Positions 18,656 through 28,351 are shown, counted from the first letter of the stretch. The stretch is 64,000 bases of DNA from Chthoniobacteraceae bacterium (GCA_044375925.1 JBILLT010000003.1:6988-70987); one strand, 5' to 3'. Notes: a model not told the origin generated them from the letters alone. Translations and numbers: made by a program.

Positions 18656-19258
18656 TTACTTCACTGGAATCGCCGCCGACGCGCTCAAGCCGTTCTGGTT
18701 GGTGATGGCCGCCTCGAGTTTGTACGTTTTTCCAGCGGTCAGACCACGGGTCGAGATGCTCATGGTGTACTCCACGCGTTCCGAGGGATTGAGTGTCAGC
18801 ACGCCCGGTTCGTCAGAAAACTCCAAGTCCTCCGAGGCCCTTCCGACAATCGTACCGTCCTCTTCACGCAACACGGCGTCAACCCTCTGGGAGGAGGGAA
18901 AGTCCATAATCTCCGCCCGCTTCCCTAAATTGCTAGCCGTCAACTTGATGTCGAGCTTTCGATCCCTCTCCAGCACCACTTGCGCGGGCGCAACCTGAAC
19001 CTGCACATTCACCTTCACTTTTTTGCGGGGGGTCCCGTCGGGATTCTTGGGCCCGATGTCAAAGACTCCGGACACAAGACCCGTCGCTTTTTTGCCAATT
19101 TTTCCCGCGACCCCGAACACCGAGGAGAGCGTCTTCTTGAAGAAATCGATGGGCTCCTTCCAACTCGGAGGCGGGCCTGGATCGTTCGGGGACTCCGCAG
19201 AAAAGGCTGGGAACGCTGCAACGATCAGAACGACGAGTATGGAGCGGCAGGAGGGCAT
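18656..19258 (-). CDS. Secreted hypothetical protein (beta-rich, Ig-like C-terminal half)
   Basis: Signal peptide MPSCRSILVVLIVAAFPAFSA. No motif recognised. Lies 54 nt downstream of the DltA-like gene on the same strand. Confidence 0.5.
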   Translation of the reverse strand: MPSCRSILVVLIVAAFPAFSAESPNDPGPPPSWKEPIDFFKKTLSSVFGVAGKIGKKATGLVSGVFDIGPKNPDGTPRKKVKVNVQVQVAPAQVVLERDRKLDIKLTASNLGKRAEIMDFPSSQRVDAVLREEDGTIVGRASEDLEFSDEPGVLTLNPSERVEYTMSISTRGLTAGKTYKLEAAITNQNGLSASAAIPVK

Positions 19259-19312
19259 ACGGCGTTAAACTAATACATTTGAGCCGGGAGCAACACCTTT
19301 CAAATGTGAAAA

Positions 19313-20773
19313 TCAGGCAAGTGTTTCCGCAAGTTTTTTGCGGTCTGCCTTGCCGTTTGCATTCATCGGAAAGCTCTCAAGGAAGATGAACTTCCGCGGG
19401 ATCATGTAGGGCGGCACATGCTCCCCCAGCTTTGTTTTGAGAGCGGCCGCCTGCTCGAAGTCGCTTCCCTGCTTTGGCCCGCTCAGAACCACGAACGCGG
19501 CCACGCTGTCCACCCGGTCGCCCTTTCGCACAGGCAACACCACCGCGTCCGCCACCTCCTCCAGCGCTCGCAAGTTTGACTCCATGTCCCCCAGCTCAAT
19601 CCGGTGGCCGTGCAGTTTGATCTGGTTGTCCATGCGGCCCTCGCAGAACACCATGCCGCCCCGGTCCCTCCCCCAGTCGCCCGTGCGGTACGCACGCGTT
19701 TCTCCGAATGGTGCAAAGGCCTTCTCCGTCAGGTCTGGCCGGTTCAAATACCCGGGACTCACGTTGGGCCCCGCAATCACAATCTCCCCGCGTTCCCCCT
19801 CTGGAACCGGCCGGCCGTCCTCACCTCTGATGATGATGCGCGTGCCGGGCATCACGCGGCCGATGGGCAGAGGATTGTGCTGTTGAATGAGCTCCCGGGT
19901 CACCGCGACCTCAGTCACCGCAATGGTGGCCTCGGTGGGCCCGTACGTGTTCCAAATTTCCGCTCGGGGAAAGCGCTCGAGCATCTGAGCCGCGGTTTCA
20001 GGCGCAAGCGTTTCCCCGCAAAAAAAGAACCTTCGGGCGCTGGGCAGCATCTGTTCGGAAAACCCCTTCTCGATCATGCACATTTGGGCAAAAGACGGCG
20101 TGGACATCCACTGCGTCGCCCCGGAATCGCGCAGGGTCTCGAAGAGTTTTCTCAAATCTGTGGCCGTCTCCTTGGTCAGGGAAAAGAGCGTACCCCCGGT
20201 ACTGAGCGCGAGGTAGATATCGTGCACGCTGAGGTCAAAGGTAAAGGGCGCGTGGTTGAGGAAAACCTCGCCCCCGATCTGGAAATCATGAGCACCCCGC
20301 ATCCACGCCAAGTAATGGTTGAGATTGGCGAGGGTGATCACCACTCCCTTGGGCTCGCCGGTGCTTCCGCTGGTAAAGAGGACGTAAAACGGATCATTTC
20401 CTTCAACCCTTTGAGCCGCATGGTACTGCGCGACAGCGGGTATTCCCGCCACCTGCTCCGGAGTCAGGCGAACGCCGGCGCCGGAAACCTCCATCACCCG
20501 ATCCACGCGGGCAGCGGGAGTGGATTGGTCGATCGGCACATAAGGACGCCCGGTTTTGACCGCAGCCAAAAAAGTCACGAGCATCTCGGGCTCCTTGTGC
20601 CCGAGAATAGCGACGGGGCAACGGGTCTCACCGAGCTCCGCATCCAGCCAGGCCGCCAGCGCGTCAGACCTTGCCGCAAGCTCCGCGTAGGTGATTCGCC
20701 GGGCATCGCTGATGTGGGCCGCTTTCTGTGGGTTGTTCCGGACATGCTCGGCGAATTGATCTAGGAGGTGCAT
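19313..20773 (-). CDS. Stand-alone amino-acid adenylation enzyme, DltA-like (D-alanine--carrier protein ligase family)
   Basis: YVLFTSGSTGEPKGV (A3), NTYGPTEATI (A5), YRTGD (A7), GRMDNQIKLHGHRIELGD (A8) and NANGKADRKKL (A10). At 486 aa there is no condensation or carrier domain. Confidence 0.8.
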   Translation of the reverse strand: MHLLDQFAEHVRNNPQKAAHISDARRITYAELAARSDALAAWLDAELGETRCPVAILGHKEPEMLVTFLAAVKTGRPYVPIDQSTPAARVDRVMEVSGAGVRLTPEQVAGIPAVAQYHAAQRVEGNDPFYVLFTSGSTGEPKGVVITLANLNHYLAWMRGAHDFQIGGEVFLNHAPFTFDLSVHDIYLALSTGGTLFSLTKETATDLRKLFETLRDSGATQWMSTPSFAQMCMIEKGFSEQMLPSARRFFFCGETLAPETAAQMLERFPRAEIWNTYGPTEATIAVTEVAVTRELIQQHNPLPIGRVMPGTRIIIRGEDGRPVPEGERGEIVIAGPNVSPGYLNRPDLTEKAFAPFGETRAYRTGDWGRDRGGMVFCEGRMDNQIKLHGHRIELGDMESNLRALEEVADAVVLPVRKGDRVDSVAAFVVLSGPKQGSDFEQAAALKTKLGEHVPPYMIPRKFIFLESFPMNANGKADRKKLAETLA

Positions 20774-21106
20774 GCGCTAAGAATCCGAAAGCCAAACACA
20801 AACTCAAGCACGCAAAAGCGCGCGCGGCAGGCATTCCCGACTGCTTCGCATTAACGTTTTGACTGCAATGTTTTTATAGCCGGAAGCCAGCCTCGGAGCT
20901 TCTACAGAGATCCGCCTCCCCTGACGCAACCTCCGTTTCGCCGCCGCAAACTCGGACCGGGAGCAGGGCAGCGCCGACAGAGAAGTTCAGGCAAGCAGGG
21001 AAGTAAGGTGTTGATGCGATCAGGGGTTTTCCGATTGGATGACAGCCCGCAACGGCCCCTGACGACGCGGAGCGCAACCCCGCCACTTTCCAACGATACT
21101 GCACCA

Positions 21107-22174
21107 ATGAAATTGTTTATTCCCGGCCCCGTCCAAGTTTCAGACAAAACCTTCGCCGCATTCTGCAAACCGATGATGGGGCACCGGAGCGGGGATTTTA
21201 AGAAACTTTACGGGGGTATCCAACCGCGACTGAAAGAGCTTTTCCAAACGAGCCAACCCGTTTTTCTGTCGACCTCCTCCGCTTGGGGAGTGATGGAAGG
21301 GGCGATCCGGAATCTAGTGGGCAAAGGCAAGGTGCTTAACTGCATGTGCGGGGCTTTTTCGGACAAGTGGCTGGATGTTTCAAAGCGCTGCGGCAAGGAG
21401 GCAGTCGCCCTGCAAGTGGAATGGGGCCAACCCATCCGGGGGGAACAGATCCGCCAGCACTTGAAGCTCGGCGGATTCGATGCGGTGACCCTCATTCATA
21501 ATGAAACGTCGACGGGAGTCATGTCTCCCATCGGCGAAATCGCCGAGGTCATGCGCGAATTTCCGGAGGTCCAGCTTATCGTCGACAGCGTGTCCTCATT
21601 TTCAGTCGTACCGATTGCGATGGATGAACTGGGGATCGACGTCCTGCTGACGGGCTCGCAAAAGGCGCTTGCAATGCCTCCGGGGCTGGCGCTTTTCGCC
21701 GCCAGCAAAAAAGCGATGGAACGCGCCGCTTCCAACGAAGGACGCGGGTACTATTTTGATTTCATTGAGTTTCAAAAAAATCAGGCGGAAGACATGACTC
21801 CATCGACCCCGTCGATTTCGCACATTTACGCCCTTGCGTCGAAACTGGAGGATATTTTCAGCGAGGGAATCGCCGCCCGCCACCAGCGGCATGCGGCAAC
21901 CAACGCGCTGGTGCATCAATGGGTGCGGGACAGGGGATTCGAATTCTTCGCGCCGGAAGGCTACCGATCCAAGTCACTGACCTGCGTTGCGAACAACCGG
22001 AATGTCGATGTCGCGGCGATGCTTACGGCGTTGAAATCCAACAGCGGGTTCATCATCGACGGCGGCTATGGAAAGCTCAAGGGCAAGACATTCCGCCTCT
22101 CAAACATGGGCGATGAAACCATGGAGACCGTCGGAGAACTTTTGGTTCAACTGGACAAAGCGCTTTCCGCGTAA
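21107..22174 (+). CDS. Class V aminotransferase (alanine-glyoxylate / serine-pyruvate aminotransferase family)
   Basis: MKLFIPGPVQVSD N-terminus, IHNETSTGV and SQKALAMPPGLA (PLP lysine). Track ORF trimmed to the ATG at 21107. Confidence 0.85.
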   Translation: MKLFIPGPVQVSDKTFAAFCKPMMGHRSGDFKKLYGGIQPRLKELFQTSQPVFLSTSSAWGVMEGAIRNLVGKGKVLNCMCGAFSDKWLDVSKRCGKEAVALQVEWGQPIRGEQIRQHLKLGGFDAVTLIHNETSTGVMSPIGEIAEVMREFPEVQLIVDSVSSFSVVPIAMDELGIDVLLTGSQKALAMPPGLALFAASKKAMERAASNEGRGYYFDFIEFQKNQAEDMTPSTPSISHIYALASKLEDIFSEGIAARHQRHAATNALVHQWVRDRGFEFFAPEGYRSKSLTCVANNRNVDVAAMLTALKSNSGFIIDGGYGKLKGKTFRLSNMGDETMETVGELLVQLDKALSA

Positions 22175-22252
22175 AATACTCTCCAAAAACAATATCAGCA
22201 CGGGCCCACACCGGCCCGCGCCGTAAAAACAAACAATCCAGCAACACACACC

Positions 22253-22885
22253 ATGTCCGTACTCGTAGGAAAAACAGCCCCCGACTTCAGCGCCGCAGCA
22301 GTCATCAACGGAGGAGAACTCGTATCGGGATTCACCCTCAGCCAGTTTCAGGGAAAGAAAAACGTTGTTTTATTCTTCTACCCGAAAGACTTCACTTTCG
22401 TGTGCCCGACGGAGCTTCACGCATTTCAAGAAAAGCTCGGGGAATTTGAGAAGCGCAATACCGTGGTCGTCGGCGTTTCGACCGACACTGAGCAATGCCA
22501 TTGGGCATGGCTGCAAACCCCGAAAAACCACGGCGGTATCCAGGGGGTCAAATACCCCCTGATTGCAGACTCCAACAAAACCATCTCCTCGGCCTACGAC
22601 GTTCTCAACGGCGAATTCGGTGTGGACGACGACGGGAACCTCTCCGCATCGAGCGAGATGATTGCTTACCGCGGACTCTTCCTCATCGACAAGAAAGGAG
22701 TGGTGAGGCACCAGTTGGTGAACGACTTACCGCTCGGCCGTAACGTGGACGAGGCACTCCGGATGGTGGATGCCCTGACCTTTTTCGAAACCAACGGAGA
22801 GGTGTGCCCCGCGAACTGGTCCGCTGGCAAAGACGGAATGAAAGCCGACTTCAAAGGCGTCGCTGAATACCTTTCGAAACACTAA
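22253..22885 (+). CDS. Typical 2-Cys peroxiredoxin (AhpC/Prx1 family)
   Basis: FFYPKDFTFVCPTE (peroxidatic Cys) and GEVCPANW (resolving Cys). Confidence 0.95.
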   Translation: MSVLVGKTAPDFSAAAVINGGELVSGFTLSQFQGKKNVVLFFYPKDFTFVCPTELHAFQEKLGEFEKRNTVVVGVSTDTEQCHWAWLQTPKNHGGIQGVKYPLIADSNKTISSAYDVLNGEFGVDDDGNLSASSEMIAYRGLFLIDKKGVVRHQLVNDLPLGRNVDEALRMVDALTFFETNGEVCPANWSAGKDGMKADFKGVAEYLSKH

Positions 22886-23214
22886 GCCGAGCCGGCAAGG
22901 GGCGGCTCCTGAGGCGATCATTCCTCCTCCTGCGACACCGCCCAGCACCTCCGGAATCGCTCCGGACGAAGTCGACAGCCTCTTCGCGGATTCTTCCCGC
23001 GGTCGCAAGATCTGTCGCTCGTGCCGGATCGGACGCGCATGCGCGGGTGTCGCTTTTTGTCACGGTCCCAACCCTGCCCTCGTGCAAACCCGCATCAGGG
23101 ATTCCACGGACAAATGGCATCAGGCGGCTGTGCGCGACTCTGTGGACATTCGCCGCGTCGAAGCGCAAACCCGCCGCCACTTGCTTGCAGGCGGATTGGG
23201 GTTACCAGTGCCTT

Positions 23215-23595
23215 ATGGACATGAAGCGACCTGTATCAGGAAAAATTCTTTTAGGATCCCACGGGCTGGGTGTTCCAGACGCCGACCTGCTCAAAAAACG
23301 CGCGTTTGAGATTGCGCAGATCGAAGAACGCGCAATTCCTGACGCAAACGACTGGGAGGAGGCCAGTCGGGAACTACACGGGCACCGCTTGCCCGAGGGA
23401 ACTGGGGCTGAGACCGCGCGGAGGGAAGCGGAGGGTGACGAAATGAGCGGAATCCACGCTCCGCTTGGACCCGAGGATGAGGTGAATGTTGTGGAGGAGT
23501 TGGTGCGCGAAGGAATGGAAGAAGCCGAGCATGAGCGCATGCTGCTCGGTCACGCGCCTACAGCGTTGGATCAAGAGGAGGGGGAAGAAGAATAA
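23215..23595 (+). CDS. Small acidic hypothetical protein, DUF2934-like
   Basis: LLKKRAFEIAQIEERAIPDANDWEEASRELHG resembles the DUF2934 motif, followed by an acidic, disordered-looking tail. The start is chosen at an internal ATG and the coding status is uncertain. Confidence 0.35.
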   Translation: MDMKRPVSGKILLGSHGLGVPDADLLKKRAFEIAQIEERAIPDANDWEEASRELHGHRLPEGTGAETARREAEGDEMSGIHAPLGPEDEVNVVEELVREGMEEAEHERMLLGHAPTALDQEEGEEE

Positions 23596-23657
23596 GGAGA
23601 GCCCATCGCCGACTCAAAGCGCCCACGGCCACGGCCCCACGGCCCCGCTGCGGAAGC

Positions 23658-24809
23658 TCAGCGGGAGCGGGCCTCCGCAACCTCGCAAACCACGGTGTAT
23701 TCTCTGGCATCACGCACGATGGTCAGCTTGACTCGAGTGCCGGGCGCCACGTCAGCGAGGGCTTTGGGAAGAGCGGCAGAGTTCTCTAGAATGACCCCGT
23801 TCAAACCGGCGATAACGTCACCTGGTTGGAGCCCTGATTTCTCAGCCGGCGAACCCGGCAGGACCTGCGTGATCATTCCCCCCACCGGAGCGCGCAGGCC
23901 GAGCTGACGGGCGAGTTCAGGGGTGAGGGCCATCGTTGAGACGCCGAGAGTCTGCCTTTGCACGCGGCCGGTGCGCAGGATGCTTTCCATGGATTGCTTT
24001 GCGACATTCGCCGGAATTGCAAATGAGATGCCCAGCCATGTGCCGGTGTTCGCTGAATAAATCGCGCTGTTGATGCCGATCACTTCGCCGCGGAAATTCA
24101 GCAGCGGCCCTCCCGAATTCCCTTGGTTCACGGCGGCGTCGGTCTGAAGAAACTCCACGCCGCTGTCGCGCACGGCCCGCCCCTTCGCGCTCACGATCCC
24201 CTGCGTGACGGTTTCCTGAAAACCGAAAGGATTGCCCACCGCGAGAACCGGCTGCCCCACGCGCACGAGATCCGAGTCTCCAAAGTTGAGCGCAGCCACG
24301 GGGCCTTTAATCTTCAGTACCGCGATGTCGGTTCCCGGGTCGCTGCCAATCAAGTCTGCGTGCTCGATTCGTCCGTCGCTGAGCTGAGCTTGGATTTCCG
24401 ACATGCCGGAGATGACATGATGGTTCGTGAGGATGTAACCCTCCGGGGAAACAATCACGCCGGATCCCAGTCCAGTTTTGGTCTGCTCTACAACGCGCTC
24501 CCGCGGACCGAAAATCAAATCGAAGGCATCCAGCACATACGGGACACGCTGCTTGATTTTGGTTTGCGTCGTGATGCTTACCACGGCAGGGACGACCGAT
24601 TTCACAAGCTCCGTATAATCGGCCTCGAGCGCCTCGAGCGCGGGGAATCGCCCGACTGCAGCGGATGAAGGGACCGCCACCGAAGGGGGCAGTGGGACGC
24701 CCAACTGGGAATCAAAAGATCTGATGGAATGTTTGAAAGGCCGAAGTTGGGCCCAACCGAACATTCCGATCAACACGACCAACCAAAGAAACACCCACTT
24801 TCTAGGCAT
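23658..24809 (-). CDS. HtrA/DegP-family serine protease with one PDZ domain
   Basis: N-terminal membrane/signal segment. TNHHVI (His), DIAVLK (Asp), GNSGGPLLN (Ser) and a C-terminal PDZ (GSPAEKSGLQPGDVI). Confidence 0.9.
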   Translation of the reverse strand: MPRKWVFLWLVVLIGMFGWAQLRPFKHSIRSFDSQLGVPLPPSVAVPSSAAVGRFPALEALEADYTELVKSVVPAVVSITTQTKIKQRVPYVLDAFDLIFGPRERVVEQTKTGLGSGVIVSPEGYILTNHHVISGMSEIQAQLSDGRIEHADLIGSDPGTDIAVLKIKGPVAALNFGDSDLVRVGQPVLAVGNPFGFQETVTQGIVSAKGRAVRDSGVEFLQTDAAVNQGNSGGPLLNFRGEVIGINSAIYSANTGTWLGISFAIPANVAKQSMESILRTGRVQRQTLGVSTMALTPELARQLGLRAPVGGMITQVLPGSPAEKSGLQPGDVIAGLNGVILENSAALPKALADVAPGTRVKLTIVRDAREYTVVCEVAEARSR

Positions 24810-24889
24810 AACGGTAAGACGAGGTTATGCATCACACGCGGCCGTGTCCAAAACAACCTGACTGCAACCGGCTGATCTCCTAAGAAAAC

Positions 24890-27800
24890 CTACCGCCGCT
24901 GCGCTCTGACGGGCGTTTCCACCGCAAGTTGAATTTCATCCGAGGAAACCTTGCCTGCGGGATTGCTCACAACAACCCGGTATTTTCCTGCGTGTAAGAA
25001 ACTGGCTTTCGCAACCTGAAACGACGGATTCCCTCCGCGTTGGACAGAGCGGCCGTCTTTGAACCACTCGTAATAGAGAGGCCACTGGCCGGAAGATTGG
25101 ACCGTTAGAATCATGGGCTGACCGGCCTTGAGACCGACCGGCGCGATTGGAGGTTGCACGATTTCCGGGGGCAGCGGGGCGTTGACGATTGCTTTGGAAA
25201 CGACAGACCCGAACTCGTTGAACGCCTCCAACTCGTACACCCCGATGTCGGCGCCACCCAGTCCCTTGATTGATAAGGTTGCAGAGGTAGCTCCCGTTAC
25301 CACGCGGTTTGGTAACGCCGTGTTTGCGAGGGTAACACCATTCACTCTCCAAACGTACCGGGTCGCATCGGTCACGGCCGCGGACAGACTGAGATCGCTG
25401 ACACCCTTCGGCAGCCGAACCAGAGGATCGAGTCCCCGCGTGATCAAGGGTGGCTTGCCGACTTTGATCCCGTAAACCCAAGCGCGATCCATGCCCCCTG
25501 CTAAAACTTCGTCTTTAGAGTAACGAAACTCCACGGTGGAAGCGCCTCTCGGGAGCTTTATTTTGCGCTGTTGCCAAGAAGACTCACCGCTGAGGTAAAC
25601 GATTCCGCGCGCCACGGGGTCCACCACGCTCCGTCCGTTCAGCAGCAGTCTCAAACCGTCATTTCTGGGCTCACTCGAAACCTTCCACCAAAAGCTCAAA
25701 ACCCCGGGACCGTTCACTGAGAAGTGCAGCGAACTTGATTGGTCGTCGCCAATTCTCCCGCTGGCAGCAACAGGCCCCTGCTGACCGTCCGCCCTCGCTA
25801 CAATGTACCCCGACCAAGGCGCAATCCCACTGGTTCTTAAATCACTCAACCCGCCGAGAGCTGCCGCCAAATCCGCGGGCTCGGGCTCAATGTTGATGGT
25901 GAACCGGCAGGCGTTCGCTCCGGCGCCATTCACGGCCCTCGCAGACAACGTCCAATTTCCCCCGATCGCCGGGGTCCCCGTGAACCTCCAAATTCTTTGC
26001 AGAACGGAGGCTTCTCCGGGGGTCGGCGAATCAATCGTCTCATCAGTGGATTCAAAGAGGATTCCCGGAGGCAGGGCGCTCTCATCCACAGAAACAACGG
26101 AACCTTCGGACACCTGAAACCCGAGGATGAACGGTTTTCCCGCCACGCCCGATCCGCTAAATGTGCCCGCCCATACGGGGAGCAAAGCCGCGTCCCCTTC
26201 GGCAAGGCTTGCGGAGACCCGATACCCGCCAACCGACCCGTATGTGGGATATCCTGACGCATAAACGCCACCGGTATCATCACCATTCTTCGCAGAGGCC
26301 ACCGTCAGACAGTACGTCCCCGGCGACAAGTTTCTGACGACGGAGCCGCCCAAGGCATCGAGCGGATTTGCAATCGCAAGCGTGGCCGCAGGAGCCAAAT
26401 CGGAGATACTTTGTAAACGAAGTTGCAAGTCTGCGTTCGCGTACCCGATGACTTCGGTGGAGGGCAGTGCCGATGCGGAGAAAGAACCTCCACGGGTTGA
26501 AAAAACAAACTGATGCGGACTCAAAGAATCACGCAAAACGCCGGAGAATCCGAAACTTCCAGCTTTGACCGCAAGCGCTCCAGCGATTCCCGATTGATCC
26601 GGCGCGGCGAATGCCACGCCGTTCTCTGTTTTGCCAATAATCGCAAGGTCGTCCTCCGTGTTGTTTGCGCTGCTATACTCCCCCCGACTCCATTGGGTAA
26701 GCGACCTGTCGTAACTTTTTCCCATGATCGGCGCCCAGCTGGTGGGGTTTGCAAGGGTTCCCCCGTGCCCACTGTAGTAGGAGGAAAATCTCGTACCGTC
26801 GTGATTCAACCCCAGCGTGTGCCCGACCTCGTGCGAGACCGCCTCAGCAACCGACTTGACCACGGTATTGAACACCCAGGCGGGGATGGTTTCGCTGAAG
26901 GAATGACCCGCCCTGCTCCAACTGTTCACATACGACACACCGCCGGAACCAGGATTAGCAGTGTCCGTTGGCGTGACAATAACCCTCATCCGCTGTCTGA
27001 CGGGGGCATTATCGTAATTGGACCGCTGGGTGGTTACATTGATATCGAAAGGCGCGAAGTCCTCTGCGACTCGGGCAACCACCTGCCGGATTTCCAGCGG
27101 TGTCAGGCCGGAGGCCGCGGCATCGATCAGCTTTCCCCCGTTCCAAGAATTGTCCGAGACCTTTTCACCGTCAAAGTCGAGGTACACAACACCCTTCGCC
27201 CTCGGACGTGTGCTGATCTCTGGGACTATCCCGCCACTCGAAATCCTCAGGTTGGAATCGGCATCTGCGGCAGCCGCTACAGGCGACTCACCTGTGACTT
27301 GGAAGTTCGTCCCTGCGGTCGCTTGATTTTCCGTGCCTGCATCCTTCGGAAGCGGCGAACACACAACAGACGAGAGCCGCCGCTCAACCATCACCACTTG
27401 GCCGCTGCGCTCAGTCGAAATCTCAACAGCTACCTCCGATTGCGGCATCAAAACCAAACCGAAAACCCGGTCAAAGTTGGTGTTCAGCGTGAAGGTACCA
27501 TCGGCTTCTTTCAGTCTGCCTCCCAGCCGGAGCCACCCGCGATCCTCGAGGCGCGACTCGACTTCCGCCAGCATTCCTTCCCCGTCGAAGGAAGGGAGCA
27601 TGACGTTCACTCCAGGCTGGAGCTTGGCCAGCCCGCGTACTCCGGCGGGATCCAGAGTGCACACCCTGCCGCGGTCATGGTGCGGATTCACTCCGTCTTG
27701 GCCCATGGGAGTCTTGCGGAGAGATCTCCCAAAAACCTCTGTGCTGCCATCCTTACGCGCCGGAGGCAAAACCGGAACTACAGCGCGAAACCCGCCCGGC

Positions 27801-28042
27801 AAGGCACCTTCTTGCGGAGGTTCAGTTGCGGCCACGTCGCCCGCCGGAACCCATGTCGTCCCTGATTCAGCAGGAGCTCCACGCTCCCCAGAAGCCTGGA
27901 TGCTTGAGTCTAACCGGTTAAAAATGAGTTGGTAAAAAATCGCGAATCCAAGAGTCAAACCACACAGCCCAGCCTTCGAAAGCAACGCGTTGGCGCATCG
28001 CTTCGGAAACGATTCTGGTTTTGGTTGACGTTTACCTGACAT
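24890..28042 (-). CDS. Membrane-anchored zinc metalloprotease (metzincin, reprolysin/M12B-like) with two C-terminal Ig I-set-like domains
   Basis: VSHEVGHTLGLNHDG (HExxHxxGxxHD) is encoded at 26795-26833. TM anchor LCGLTLGFAIFYQLIF. The C-terminus has YVWRVNGV...GVYELEAFNEFGSV and YYEWFKDGRSV...HAGKYRVVVSNPAGKVSS. The track ORF (to 28306) runs through a tRNA gene and was trimmed to the ATG at 28042. Confidence 0.8.
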   Translation of the reverse strand: MSGKRQPKPESFPKRCANALLSKAGLCGLTLGFAIFYQLIFNRLDSSIQASGERGAPAESGTTWVPAGDVAATEPPQEGALPGGFRAVVPVLPPARKDGSTEVFGRSLRKTPMGQDGVNPHHDRGRVCTLDPAGVRGLAKLQPGVNVMLPSFDGEGMLAEVESRLEDRGWLRLGGRLKEADGTFTLNTNFDRVFGLVLMPQSEVAVEISTERSGQVVMVERRLSSVVCSPLPKDAGTENQATAGTNFQVTGESPVAAAADADSNLRISSGGIVPEISTRPRAKGVVYLDFDGEKVSDNSWNGGKLIDAAASGLTPLEIRQVVARVAEDFAPFDINVTTQRSNYDNAPVRQRMRVIVTPTDTANPGSGGVSYVNSWSRAGHSFSETIPAWVFNTVVKSVAEAVSHEVGHTLGLNHDGTRFSSYYSGHGGTLANPTSWAPIMGKSYDRSLTQWSRGEYSSANNTEDDLAIIGKTENGVAFAAPDQSGIAGALAVKAGSFGFSGVLRDSLSPHQFVFSTRGGSFSASALPSTEVIGYANADLQLRLQSISDLAPAATLAIANPLDALGGSVVRNLSPGTYCLTVASAKNGDDTGGVYASGYPTYGSVGGYRVSASLAEGDAALLPVWAGTFSGSGVAGKPFILGFQVSEGSVVSVDESALPPGILFESTDETIDSPTPGEASVLQRIWRFTGTPAIGGNWTLSARAVNGAGANACRFTINIEPEPADLAAALGGLSDLRTSGIAPWSGYIVARADGQQGPVAASGRIGDDQSSSLHFSVNGPGVLSFWWKVSSEPRNDGLRLLLNGRSVVDPVARGIVYLSGESSWQQRKIKLPRGASTVEFRYSKDEVLAGGMDRAWVYGIKVGKPPLITRGLDPLVRLPKGVSDLSLSAAVTDATRYVWRVNGVTLANTALPNRVVTGATSATLSIKGLGGADIGVYELEAFNEFGSVVSKAIVNAPLPPEIVQPPIAPVGLKAGQPMILTVQSSGQWPLYYEWFKDGRSVQRGGNPSFQVAKASFLHAGKYRVVVSNPAGKVSSDEIQLAVETPVRAQRR

Positions 28043-28155
28043 ATCCGCGGCTTTGGGGTGTTCCGGGTTTTCCGGACCCCACGCAGGACATGATCCTAGC
28101 GGAAGATAGGCAGGAAACCAACCGCTAAAACCAGCACGCCGCCCCCTGAGAGGCA

Positions 28156-28246
28156 TGGCGGATGGGGAGGGATTCGAACCCTCGGTACCCTTATGGGGTA
28201 CACACGCTTTCCAGGCGAGCCCGTTCGACCACTCCGGCACCCATCC
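28156..28246 (-). tRNA. tRNA-Ser (anticodon GGA)
   Basis: Manual fold of the minus strand: acceptor ggatggg/cccatcc, anticodon loop ctGGAaa, long variable arm gtaccc-cata-agggtac, T-arm gaggg-ttcgaat-ccctc, encoded CCA. Length 91 nt. Confidence 0.88.
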
Positions 28247-28351
28247 ATTCGCAAGGGGGCCGAATGTGCTAGGGTTCGCCTCCGTGCGCAAGCCCGAAGA
28301 CTCCACGCCGCAGTCAGCCCAGCCGTAAAGCCCGTTTCAAGCCTAAAAGGC

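Noticed and set aside
19604-20764. 386-aa + strand ORF
   Set aside because: It is antisense to the DltA-like adenylation gene, which has all A-domain core motifs. It is a shadow ORF.
23621-23665. Short tandem cacggcc repeats and a 7-bp stem hairpin (cccgctg/cagcggg), considered as a CRISPR-like repeat or a terminator
   Set aside because: There are only about three imperfect 6-7-nt units, far too short for CRISPR. The hairpin overlaps the htrA stop codon and has no U-tract, so there is no firm terminator call.
26513-27865. 450-aa + strand ORF, plus the 27333-27935 ORF
   Set aside because: Both are antisense to the metzincin gene, whose HExxHxxGxxH motif and domain structure clearly mark the real frame. 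The translations are Arg/Pro-rich.
28043-28306. N-terminal 88 aa of the 1138-aa track ORF
   Set aside because: The extension reads straight through the tRNA-Ser gene (28156-28246). The protein's TM anchor follows the internal Met at 28042.
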